Source of the DNA: Octopus vulgaris
Taxonomy: Eukaryota
DNA length: 64,000 nt
Reading direction: 5' to 3'
NCBI GenBank assembly: GCA_951406725.2
Contig: OX597820.1
Span: forward strand, 81,778,001 to 81,842,000
The notes beneath the pieces were generated by a model. That model did not search any database. It saw only the letters and a list, made by a program, of their open reading frames with translations, and was not told where the DNA came from. Shown here piece by piece: positions 9,310-21,700 of the stretch. Made by a program: the position numbers and the translations under genes. The stretch's first letter is position 1. Each line of letters opens with the position of its first letter.

Positions 9310-11980
9310 GACACACCACCCACACACACCCACCCACCAACATACCACCCACCTACCTCCCACACGCCTGTTCACACACACACATACGTAGACCCATCTG
9401 CGTACATACATTCACACATTTAATCACACACACTTACACACACACATACATACATACACACACGCATACATACTTACACACACACACACACACACACAGA
9501 CATACATACACACATACACACACACATACATACGCACATACATACACACACACTCACACACACACACCGCACGTACATACTTCACACACACACACATGCA
9601 CACATACATGTAGGCACATACATACATACATACCCACACATGCACACCCGTACACTGAATGCACACACACATACACCTTTTTGCATCCAGGCAGCCCCCC
9701 TCTTTTCTGCTTTCCGGTTTTGGCTGATGGATCCTCGGTTCCCGCGTAGCGGGGCGTTCGAGGGCCTTTGCGCTCGCGCGCCTTGGCGCGCGCTGGGGGC
9801 TCGGTCGGCCCCTTTGGGCTTGCGTTGCACTGCTTGTGCGCTGTGTGCGTGAGCGCGCTTCGTGTGTGTGGGCTTGCTTCGGATGTGCGCATGCGTATGT
9901 TTGCATACATACCCACACACTCGCATGCATCCCTACCCACATACATACACGCACACCTACTCACACACACACATACACACACATACCCGCACACACACAC
10001 ACATACATACATACACACACATACCCACTTCAGACATACACACACACAGACATACACCCATACACCCACACTCACACGCATACACACACACACATACACA
10101 CGCACACGTACACATACACACACACACACACCTACATACATACATTACACTTGTATACACACACACTTACATTCATACACACACACACCTACACAGCCAT
10201 ACCCTCACTCAGACACACACATCTACCTACACACACACACAAACACACACTGACACACACCCATACATACATACATCTACACACTCACGCCTACACACAT
10301 ACATACACACATACAAAAACACACACACATACACATACACACACATACGCACACACGCATATACTTATACACATGCACACACACACACATATATACATAC
10401 ACCCATATACATACACACACACATACCTACATACTCCTATACGCACATACATACACACAGACATACACACATACACACTCACACAAACATACACACACAC
10501 ATACTTACACACACACTCACCTGCACGCGCACACACATGCATGACAAACACCCATACACTCACACTCACATACGCACACACCAACATAAACACGCACACG
10601 CACACACACACCTACACTCCCACACACATACACACGCACCTACATACACACACGCACGCATACACACGCATACACACATACATTACACACGTACACACAC
10701 ACCTACATACACATGCATACACACACACACACAAACATGCACGGACACACCCAGACATACATACATACACCTATATACACACGCCCACACACCTACATAC
10801 ACACACATATACACACGCCCACACAGCTACATACACACACATACATACACACATACACGGACACACCCATACATACTTACATACATACACCTATACACAC
10901 ACGCCTACACACCTACACACACACATGCATACACACACACATGTACGCACATACACACACATATACGCACACACATATATACCCACACACATGCACACAC
11001 ACACATACGCACATACATGCACGCATGCACACGCGCACACCTACACGCATACACACACACACACGCACGTACACATACATACATACACACACGCATACAT
11101 ACACCCATACACATACATGCATCCTACACACACATACATACACACTCACACATACATACACACACACGCACTCACTCACACACCTGTATGTTCGCGCACA
11201 CACATGCACATACACACACTTCCCCACACCCACACGTACATACATACACACTCATACACATACACACACACACACACACACGGACATACATCTATGCACA
11301 CACATATATACACACATACTCACATACATTCATCGGACACACTGCCACCCAGACATACACACAGACACACTCACACATCCACACACACACATACGTACGC
11401 GCACACTCGCAGGCGCGCGCACACACGCGCTTGCGCCGGTTCGCGCACGCATGCGCGCCGCATGCACCTCGCCCTTGGACCCGACGAGACCTCCCGCCCG
11501 TTCCTGGGATGTCGCTTGTCGTTGGGTTTTCCCACGCCCGTCTCCGCGGGACCACTCTTCCATCTTCCCCTCCGCTGGAGTCTTTTTCCTAACCCCCCCC
11601 TTTTTTTTCGTTACACACACGCGCACACATATACACACATTGCTTAAACATATACATTACTCTTACACACATTCAATCTACTCGCCACTAATACTACCAC
11701 GACACTGGACACACACACACACTACTACTCAACACACGCTGGCACGCTACATACGCCCCCACCCCTTCCCCTCCCTCCCTTCCTCCTTCCTCCCTTTTCT
11801 CACTACTGACCTTTGTCTGCTATGCTGCTGCTATGCTGACCACCGTCTCGCCCTACCTCACACGCCTACACACAGACGCACACACTAACACATACATATA
11901 TTTTTTGTTTTTTTTACCTCGCCTCACACACACACATACACACACGCACACGCACACACTCACACATACACACACATCTG
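9310..11980. repeat. ~2.7-kb cryptic (CA/CATA)n low-complexity tract with two G-rich islands
   Basis: Direct inspection; source of the 603/576/391-aa pseudo-ORFs. Confidence 0.9.
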
Positions 11981-12146
11981 TTGCGTTACCAACCTTGTCT
12001 CCACTCTTTTGCCTTTAAAAACCCACTTTGCTCTTGTTATCGTAAACATCCGCCTTTCACCATGTGCTACTCCTAACACCAGTCGTTTTTTTCTCTATCT
12101 CCGTTGCCCGCTCCGGGATCTTTCTTTCCTCTCTCTTCCTTCTTTA

Positions 12147-12183
12147 TGTTTCCGACGAAGAGCTCCGCTCGAAACGTCATACC
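12147..12183 (+). ncRNA. Minimal hammerhead-like motif (CCGACGA-A-GAGC-TCC-GCTC-GAAACGTC)
   Basis: Core variant, 4-bp P2, GAAA, palindromic ACGT in place of P3; lies in a Penelope tail. Confidence 0.55.
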
Positions 12184-12268
12184 TCCCTGCTTCCATTTCC
12201 TGAGCGCCTATTAATAATAATACTGTAATTGTTCCATTGTTGTTGTTTTTTTGTTTCCCGTTTGGATT

Positions 12269-12328
<60 letters not shown>

Positions 12329-12341
12329 TTTATTGTTTATC

Positions 12342-12712
12342 TTTTGCTTGCTTCATTCATTTAGAATGCGGCCGCGCTGGAGCAACGTCTTGAGGAATTT
12401 TAGTCGAATGCATCAACTACAGTACTTAAAGCCTGCTACTTATTCTATTGATCTTATGCACACCATGTTACAGGGACGTACACATATGAGCACTAGTTGT
12501 CAATCAGTGGTGGACAAGCACGCGCGCACGCACACACATGCATACACACAAGACGGGCTTCTTTCTGTTTCCGTCTACCAAATCTAAAGACAAGGCTTTG
12601 GTTTGCGGGAGATTATAATTGAAGACACTTGCCCAAGCTGCCACGAAATGTGGCTGAATTCAGAACAATGTGGCTAGGAAACAAACGTCTTATCACAATG
12701 CCCTACCTGCGT
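12342..12712 (-). mobile_element. Diverged CORE-type SINE
   Basis: GAAGACACTTGCCCAAG and GGGCTTCTTTCTGTTTCCGTCTACCAAATC match the family. Confidence 0.8.
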
Positions 12713-12864
12713 CAATATATATATATTATATATATATAATATTGAAAACCAATTATATATGTGTGTTAGATTATTCTCTATCTGTGTCAAATGTGTGCTG
12801 ATAATGTCTAATACATACATGCATACACACATTCATGCATACGTATATATATATTTATATACAT

Positions 12865-13038
12865 TGCTTGTCAACCAATGCTGGTGTGTTTATGTCCCCG
12901 TTACTTAGCGGTTCGGCAAAAGGGACCGATGGAATAAGTACTGGGCCTACAAAAGAATAAGTCCCGGGGTCGAGTTGCTCGATTAAAGGCGGTGCTCCAG
13001 CATGGCCGCAGTCAAATGACTGAAACAATTAAAAGAGT

Positions 13039-13039
<1 letters not shown>
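12865..13039 (+). mobile_element. CORE-type SINE 3' half
   Basis: TTAGCGGTTCGGCAAAA...GGCGGTGCTCCAGCATGGCCGCAGTCAAATGACTGAAAC. Confidence 0.85.
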
Positions 13040-13114
<75 letters not shown>

Positions 13115-13744
13115 ACTTATATGTATATATATATATATGCATATATACATCTATATATGTGTATATACACACACACACACAAACGCACACACTTATGGCT
13201 ACTGTCATAATTTTGGATTATATTTTTCATTGAAAAATAGTTTTTTTTCAATTCTTTCCATTACGTTATTATTTATGTATGATGTATTTTAAAGTTAGTG
13301 TAGATCTATCAATTACACTGTTCTTTTTGTTTGTTTTTTCGTTTCATTTCATTGTTCTAACAATTTATTTATATTAAACTTTTCCATAGTGTCTGTTGAA
13401 TCCTTTCCTTTTGAAGTTGATTTAATACCTAAAGAGAAATTCTATGACGTGTTAAAATATTTATGAAAAATTAATTTTCAGTTATTTAAAGAGTAGCCTC
13501 TTCACTATCAAAGAACTGATAAAAAGAAGTAAAATGTAAGGAGAATGTAAAAACGAAGCTAAAACAACAAAGTGGTGTGTCAGTATATGATAAAAATAAT
13601 TCACCAAAACCATGCCACAGTGAAACTGAACAAAGCGAGAACCGTGTAAACTGAGGATCATCTGTATGTATGTATGTATTTATGTATGTATGTATGTATG
13701 TATGTATGTATGTATGTATGTATGTATGTATGTATGTATGTATG

Positions 13745-14442
13745 TAGATGACACCCCGGTCTCGCGCCACTTCCACTCTACCGGTCATTCGCTACATCTG
13801 TCTGTGCTCGGACTGTCTTTGCACAAGGCCATCAGGACTCCCTCCTTCGCCGAGAACAGGAATTTATCTTCTCTCTTCGCTCCTTTGCGCCACTTGGCTC
13901 AACTCACGTCCTCTCTTCATTTCATGTCAACTCCACACCACTCCACAAATGCTAGCACTGACCACTTCGCAGCACCCACACCACACACCATCATCCGAAC
14001 ATCCACACACAATCTTCAATAACGTCACCACACATACCACTATATGACCAGCCCCACACACTGTTTAACTCAGTACACACACTACACACCATGATACACC
14101 CCCCCCACATCCCAACAAGTACATAATACCTGAACACAGGCTGTATATACATACATACGCAACACGCATTAACACATGCAACACACATAGACATATATAT
14201 ACACCACGCACATACACACAGTTTGGTTACAAACACAGACACGCACACACGCACACACACTCACAAAAATCAACAAGTTTTTTTCATTCTCTTTCTGTCA
14301 ATTTGCTCTTATCCCTTCCAGTTGAAGAGCGTGAGCTCGAAACATAAAGACTTTTTTTATTTTTCCTGAGCGTCAAACTAATACACTTGCTTGTTGTTCA
14401 TACACCTGTCTTCGTTTTTTTTGTTTTTCTATAAATTTCAAT

Positions 14443-14445
<3 letters not shown>
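13745..14445 (+). mobile_element. Penelope-like 3' fragment (GIY-YIG tail, CA-rich spacer, degenerate hammerhead at ~14318-14350)
   Basis: TPVSRHFHSTGHS matches SPVARHFRSAGHS at 9105; GAAGAGCGTGAGCTCGAAAC; TTCCTGAGCG tail motif shared with 12197. Confidence 0.75.
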
Positions 14446-14496
<51 letters not shown>

Positions 14497-14502
<6 letters not shown>

Positions 14503-14942
14503 GAGAGTGAACACAAAAATAAGACAACGCCAAAAGGCGTAAAGAACTTTGACGATTTCGACTCTAGTCCTTATTCGGAAGAAATAAATTAATAACAAAT
14601 ATCGGTTGGAAAAATAAAAATACCAATGAAAGTTGGTTGAATGAAAAAGATGGAAATGCAGTTCTATGGGAAAGTTATGAAGAGAGGAGGTGTGTGCGGT
14701 GTATATGTGTATAAGATGGCATCCCTGCATAGAGATAGATATTGGGGAGTTGTACGTGTAGATGTGTGAAAGTGTACAAGTATGGGGATGTATTGGCATT
14801 GGATAGTGGGGATGTGGGTGTATAGTTTGCAGGTGTGTTCGTATTGGGAAAGGAGGACGACGTGGCGGGAACGATTGTGACGGAAAGGGAAGGTATGAAG
14901 AATGTGGCGTTTAAGAAAAAAATACTAATACTGATGAAAAAC

Positions 14943-14945
<3 letters not shown>
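14497..14945 (-). mobile_element. Inverted Penelope-like tail with degenerate hammerhead (CCGAATAAGGACTAGAGTCGAAATCGTC)
   Basis: Minus strand is C/A-rich then pyrimidine-rich, with a GAC/GTC stem followed by GAAA, as in the other tails. Confidence 0.45.
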
Positions 14946-14985
<40 letters not shown>

Positions 14986-14996
14986 TATATATATAC

Positions 14997-15057
<61 letters not shown>

Positions 15058-15139
15058 TATATATGCATGTATATACATACATATATATGTATTATGTACA
15101 TACGTATATATATATATATAGAGAGAGAGAGAGGGAGCG

Positions 15140-15178
<39 letters not shown>

Positions 15179-15538
15179 AGTCTATCACATGTCCTTATAC
15201 GTTGCTGCTCCGGATGCGCGTCTGTTGTTCTCTTCTATTTATATCCGAATGTCGTCTCTTCGTCGTCTTGGAGACATACGACCACTCTCTTTCGATTTCT
15301 TGGACACCACTTGACAACTGTATTAGTCTATCTTGTGATTCACTATGAATATCAAATTTCATACGAAAGAAACATTGTTGTTATTGTTTACCCACTGAGT
15401 TTACACATTAACGAGGCCAGCGATTCTTTCATTCTTCTGGGTCGATAAAAGAAGTACCAGAAATATACTAAAGCTTAATTGAAATGATAACTGCCTTAAA
15501 TATGGTGAAGCATATGTGGACCAAGTGCGTGTTTATTA

Positions 15539-15575
<37 letters not shown>

Positions 15576-15576
<1 letters not shown>

Positions 15577-16152
15577 GAGTGAGAGAGCAGAGCATGCCAT
15601 CAAAGTGACACTGGGGTAAAATATACGAAGCCCAGTATACCCATCATGACTACCCGTCTGATAAGGGTACACTAGGTACTTGCATCACAACCATATGTGC
15701 GCGACATGGTGATCTCATATCAAGATAAACAGCACATGACCTTGCAGGTGAGACCCAGTTAAAATTTTCTCCTGGTCGAGTAGCCCACCCCGCTCAAAAG
15801 GTCCCTGAATAAGGGTTGATTAAGGATGTTGAACGAAACACACATGTTTCCAGAAGTAAATTATTCAAACTCCAAAGAATCCCTCTCAACACATGGCTAT
15901 GATGCTTCCCCACTACTGCTGCTAGTGATCAGAGATGCACATATCGTCATCCACCATGTTCAACTGATTAAAGTCAAACAACTGACAAGCAAATCTGTGG
16001 TATTGAGCAGAATATTTGCTGTAGCCCATCTTTTATACCAAGACAAAACAATGTACATGATAACACTTCCAATCAGTTAAGATCAGAAGCCATGAGAGCC
16101 ACTTCCTGGTACTGCATCGGGGCATAACCACTGCCTGGTACTGCATCAGGGC

Positions 16153-16155
<3 letters not shown>
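15576..16155 (-). mobile_element. ~550-bp non-coding (AAT)n-inserted element
   Basis: Six related copies in the window, abutting (AAT)n/(ATT)n; this copy has a tandem duplication of its terminal ~28 bp. Confidence 0.8.
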
Positions 16156-16221
<66 letters not shown>

Positions 16222-16222
16222 C

Positions 16223-16303
<81 letters not shown>

Positions 16304-16305
<2 letters not shown>

Positions 16306-16472
16306 AGCGGTGAGCTAGCAAAATCGTCAGCATGCTTCTAACTTGTACAGAGTTCAAATTCCGCCGAAGTTGACTTACATAAATTACATAGCAGTCAAGT
16401 ACTGGGGTAAATGTAATTGACTTTAACCCTTCCTACAAATTCCAGGCCTTGTGCCTATAGTAGAATAGGTTA
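16304..16472 (+). mobile_element. Meta-like SINE, internally deleted
   Basis: GCGGTGAGCTAGCAAAATCGTCAGC...GAGTTCAAATTCCGCCGA...GGCCTTGTGCCTATAGTAGAA. Confidence 0.75.
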
Positions 16473-16473
16473 C

Positions 16474-16545
<72 letters not shown>

Positions 16546-16546
<1 letters not shown>

Positions 16547-17104
16547 GAGTGAGTACAGTGCATACCATCAAAGTGACACTGGGGTAAAATATACGAAACC
16601 CAGTGTACCCATCATAACTACTTGTCTGATAAGGGTATACCAGCACATGTATCACAACCATATGTGCGCAACATGGTGATCTCCTATCAAGATACACAGC
16701 ACATGACCTTTCAGGTGGGGCCCAGTTAGAATTTTCTTCTAGTCGAGTAGCTCATCCCGCTCAAAAGGTCCCTGAATAAGGGTTGTTTAAAGAAAAACCC
16801 ATGTTGAACGAAAAACCCATGTTTCCGAAGGTAAAATATCCAAACCCCAACGAATTCCTGAAACACATGGCTATGATGCTCCCTCACTACTTCTGCTCGT
16901 TATCAGAGATGCACATATCGTCATCCACTAAGGGACATGTTCAAGTGGTTAAGGTAAAACAACTGACAAGCAAATCTGTGGTGTTTAGCAGAATATTTGC
17001 TGTAGCCCATCTTTTATATCAAGATAAAACAATGTACATGATGACACTTTCAATCGTTAAAGATCAGAAGCCATGAGAGCCCCTACCTGGTACTGTATCA
17101 GGGC

Positions 17105-17107
<3 letters not shown>
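16546..17107 (-). mobile_element. ~550-bp non-coding (AAT)n-inserted element
   Basis: Colinear with 15576-16155; (ATT)n on both sides. Confidence 0.8.
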
Positions 17108-17176
<69 letters not shown>

Positions 17177-17455
17177 TATTATTCATGTTGGTGTTGTGCC
17201 TAGGGTATCATATATTTGGTTTTGTACACAGTATTGTTCTCTTCTTCTTCTTCTTCTTCTTCTTCTTCTTCTTCTTCTTCTTCTTCTTCTTCTTCTTCTT
17301 CTTCTTCTTCTTCTTCTTCTTCTACTTCTTCTACTTCTACTTCTACTTCTTCTTCTTCTTCTTCTTCTATTTCTTCTTCTTCTTCTTTTCTCCTCCTCAT
17401 TCTCCTTTTGTTGTTGTTGCTGTTGTTGTTGTTATTATTATTATTATTATTATTA

Positions 17456-17546
<91 letters not shown>
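17108..17546. repeat. Compound (ATT)n-(CTT)n-(GTT)n-(ATT)n-(AAT)n microsatellite
   Basis: Direct inspection. Confidence 0.95.
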
Positions 17547-17547
<1 letters not shown>

Positions 17548-17584
17548 GTGCCTTTCGCTGCTCTGATAAGTCAGCAGCTGAAGA

Positions 17585-18460
17585 CACAGGAATTCTACTA
17601 CAACTGAAAAACAACTTTTAAAAACTGGGATATCTAAAAAAATTTCCGTGAGTACCTAAAATCTCATTCTAACTAGCTTTAAAAACTTGATTATCTACAA
17701 TTATCTCTGGACGAAGACACAAACAATCATCTTTAAAAACTCTAATATCTCCAAACTCTTCTTTTCTCTCTGACTAGCCAAATATGTAAACATCCCTTTT
17801 TTTCTTTGCAAGAACACTCTTAGACGCCTCCGGTTATCCAACTTAAGCAATTTATATATATAGAAATTATATATATATACACAGACATTCTATTACAACT
17901 AAAAAACAATTTTTTGAAAACTGAAGTATCTATAATCCTCTGTGAGTATTTAAAATCTCATTCTAAATAACTTTAAAAACTTGACTATCTATAGTATTCT
18001 CTGGACGGACACACAAACGATCATCTTTAAAAACATTAATATCTACAATATTATGTGAAAAGTAAAACTTTCCGTGAACACACAAATGATAATCTTTCAG
18101 AACTTTAATATCTACACTGTACTGTGAATAGCCAAATATGTAAAAAATTTCTCTGCAAGAACACTCTTAAACGTCTCTGGCTATCTTTACTTAAACAATT
18201 TACAGGCTTAAAAACTTGATTATATTAAGTTTTCTCTGGACGAACACACAAATGATCATCTTTAAAAACTTTAATATCTACAATCTTATGGAAAAAAATT
18301 TTAAATTGCTAAACACACACAAACGATCATCTTTAATATATACATTGTACCGTGAATAGCCAAATATGAAAAAAACCCAGAAATTCCTACAAAAACACTC
18401 TTAAACGTCGCCGGATAACTAATTTAAGCAATTTATATATATATAGAAATTATATATATG
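17585..18460. repeat. Degenerate tandem repeat with ~295-bp higher-order units built from CTTTAAAAACTTnAnTATCTAC subunits
   Basis: 17585-17880 aligns by eye with 17881-18200 and partly with 18205-18460. Confidence 0.7.
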
Positions 18461-18764
18461 TGAGTGTGAGTGTGTGTATTTTATTTCTGTCTTTCTATCG
18501 GTAATTAAAACGCACAAGGTGAGTTGGTAGTAAACACATATTTGACCTCTGCTGACCACTCCTTTGCTGGACCACATGGGTACAATCACTCTTTCACCCC
18601 TCGCCTACTCCTATTGAGTCTATTTATAGACTAACGATATCTAACTGTATGACTGCCATCCTTCCTATCTACTGCCAACCTGCCCTCCCCTTCCTCTAAA
18701 TAATAATAATAATACACTGTTGCCTTCTCCTTCCTCTAAATAATAATAACAATACACTGTTGCC

Positions 18765-21700
18765 ATGACTACAAGGAGTGACCACAAGCCGGCTACGGCT
18801 GCTATAATGGTACGATTATAATTGTAACGGCAATGATGGCCGTCTCCCCGCGAGCCACTCAGAGCTCAAAAATGATAACATTATCGTAGCACCAAAATGT
18901 TTTTGGAAACTAAAAGGAAAACTAAATCAGTATACCAAATCGCTTGTCCTATGATTAATCTGGAAGCGCGTCCCCCAGGGAAGAGCCAGCCTGGGATCGA
19001 AAAGTCATCAACTGGCACAAACTCTTCTCCGAATACGGACATGGATGGTCACTTGAACGGGAAATTCCCCAACTCGAGCCCTCAAAGTTCACCACCACAA
19101 CCACCACGGAAAGAAAAATGTAAGCGGAACAAATGGACCCGAGAAGAGTATAAAGAAGAAATATACGCTTATTACTATGCATTATGTAGGCCATCTCAAG
19201 AGAGAGACACCGCAAACTCTTACAGTATATGGAGAACACGGAATCAAGACAGTAGACCCTATTTGGACGAGAACAAATTGGCAAATGTGAGGAGGGATAT
19301 CCTTAGAAATAACAGACTCACAGACAGTGAAATAAGCGCGATCAGGTACGCAACGGAAAATGACATAAGTATGAGACACAAAGGAAAGGAAGAATCAGAT
19401 GAACAGTATAGACCGCCACGAGGCTTAATTGAAAGACTGCCATCTGACTAAAGCACGCAAAGGCCTGAAGATACAAGAAATTCTATTGAACCTGTTAAAG
19501 ATAGTCAGGAAAATGATAAAACAACAGTAACTGAAGATCTCGCATTTGCTGAAGAACACAGAGAGTCTATGGCAGAAATGAGGCAGAGAATCCTGAATAC
19601 GCTTGAAGTTGTAAGACATACAAGTATGAATGATAGAGAACCACTTCATAAACTCTCAAATACAAACCAAAATAAAAAACAAATCAAAATTGGCAACTGT
19701 GTAACATATGAAATAATACAAGAATTAAAACCTGATTTTACTGAGTTAAATGAAATTATTTACGCTTTTGCTAGGGCAATTGAAACCAGCTGTATGCCCC
19801 CGAAAAAACAAAGAAAACCAAACCTGGGAAGAAATCAAACCTGGAGAAGTAAAATTGAAAAAGAGATTCAATTTATGAGAGGGGAAATATCAATATTAAA
19901 TGAACTAATATGTGAAAATGATCCAGAACAGGAAGAAAGATGAAGAGAAATTTGGATCCTCACCAAGAGAAGAACTGATATCAATAAAAGAAACGCTGAA
20001 ACAAAAAGTCCAAGCAAAAGCTCAAAGAATACGAAGATTTGAGAAGAGAAACAAGTTTTACAAGCAAAATAAGCTGTTCACATCCAATGCCAAAAAATTC
20101 TACAGAGAAATAGGGAAGGAAAAAGTAACCGTTAAAGACCCCCCCTCCCATGGAAGAAGTTCGAAACTTTTGGAAAAGGATTTGGAGTGACGAGAAGACG
20201 TACAACATAAATGCAGACTGGATTATACAAACAGAAGGATCCTCCCAAAATTTACAACAAGCATGGGAAGACATCACAATAGCAGACCTAAGAAAGGCAC
20301 TCACGAAGGCCCATAATTGGAAATCCCCCGGTAAAGATAGGGTGCCGAATTTCTGGCTCTCATCGCTCCCATGCGCACACGGTAAGCTAGTTCAGCTGCT
20401 CAATGGAATTATGAGAGATCCAAAGAAAACACCTGAATGGTTAGCAAGTGGTATTACTTACCTACTCCCAAAGAATAACGAAACCAAACTTCCAAAAAAC
20501 TATCGGCCTATAACCTGTTTATCCACCACGTATAAAATCCTAACATCTATCCTGGCGGAGAAAACATATGCATTCATGGAGAAAAACGATATTTTCCCCA
20601 TTGAACAAAAAGGGTGCCGCCGAGGCTCATACGGATGCAAAGATCAACTGCTAATTAATAGTATGATCCTTGAGAACTGTCACAACAAGCGCAGAAATCT
20701 CAGCTTCGCATGGATTGACTGTAAAAAGGCCTTCGACAGTATACCGCATTCATGGATCTTGAAATCGCTGGACATCTTCAAAATTTCCCCTGTGATTTCA
20801 AGCTTCCTGAAGCATAATATGTCGTGGAATACGAATCTCCAATTATACCACTCTAATGGAACTTGCCTCAGAGAATATAGACATCAACTGTGGAATTTTT
20901 CAAGGTGACTCACTTTCACCTCTAATATTCTGCATAGCCCTAATACCCCTTACAAATGAATTAAACAGAACAGGGTATGGGTATAAAATTGTCAATAAAA
21001 AAATAAGCCATCTATTTTATATGGATGACTTATAACTCTATGGTAAAGACGATAATGAACTTGAAGGCCTATTGCGCACTGTGAAAGCATTCAGTGATGA
21101 CATCGGGATAGAGTTTGGGCTTGAGAAGTGTTCCAAGGATACTTTCCAGAAAGGGAAAGTGAAGACCACAAATTCAGTCGTGTTAGATGTTGACACAGTC
21201 ATAAGAGAGCTTGAGCAAGAACAAACCTACAAATATTTAGGGATAAATGAAGGCTCTGGTATTCAGCATGCAAGCATGAAAGAGAAGATTAGGAAGGAAT
21301 GTTATAGGAGAGTTCGAGCAGTCATGAAATCTGAACTAAATGCACGTAACAAGGTGTTAGCTATAAATTCCTTAGCAGTTCCAGTTGTTACTTATAGCTA
21401 CAATGTGTTGAACTGGAATATGAGTGAAGTAAACAAAATAGATAGGAAAATACGCAAGCTGCTGAGTTGTAATAGGATGCACCACCCAAAGGCAGATGTA
21501 GATCGCCTTTACCTTCCCAGAGCCCAAGGAGGTCGAGGCCTGATCCAATTTGAACTAGCTTACAAAACAACCAGAATTGGACTGGCCAAATATCTCGAAA
21601 TATCGAATGACTGGATGCTAAAGCTCGTGGAAAATCACGAGAGACGAAAGAAACTTCATTCTATCATAAAGGAAAGCAAAAAATTTGCTATTGATCTCGT

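Larger units (their letters stand above)
8610..12276 (+). mobile_element. 5'-truncated Penelope-like element: GIY-YIG end, expanded (CA)-rich 3' region, hammerhead-bearing tail; flanked by (TA)n
   Basis: GIY-YIG translation, tail with hammerhead motif matching the copy at 46398-46610, (TA)n on both sides. Confidence 0.7.

Noticed and set aside
9694-9890. CpG-island promoter or foreign GC-rich contamination
   Set aside because: The bias is loss of A on one strand with T retained, grading into CA repeats, which does not fit a normal GC-rich sequence.
9836-11888. Long 603-, 576- and 391-aa His/Thr-rich ORFs
   Set aside because: All three frames are open because (CA)-rich DNA lacks stop codons; no protein-like complexity.
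17073-17621. Homopolymer ORFs (poly-I/L/Y/N), and similar YI/CV/HT ORFs throughout the window
   Set aside because: Translations of microsatellites.
18780-19000. HDV-like ribozyme at the 5' end of the Dong element
   Set aside because: A TCCCCGC loop-like motif is present, but I could not assign P1-P4 by eye; needs a structure-descriptor search.
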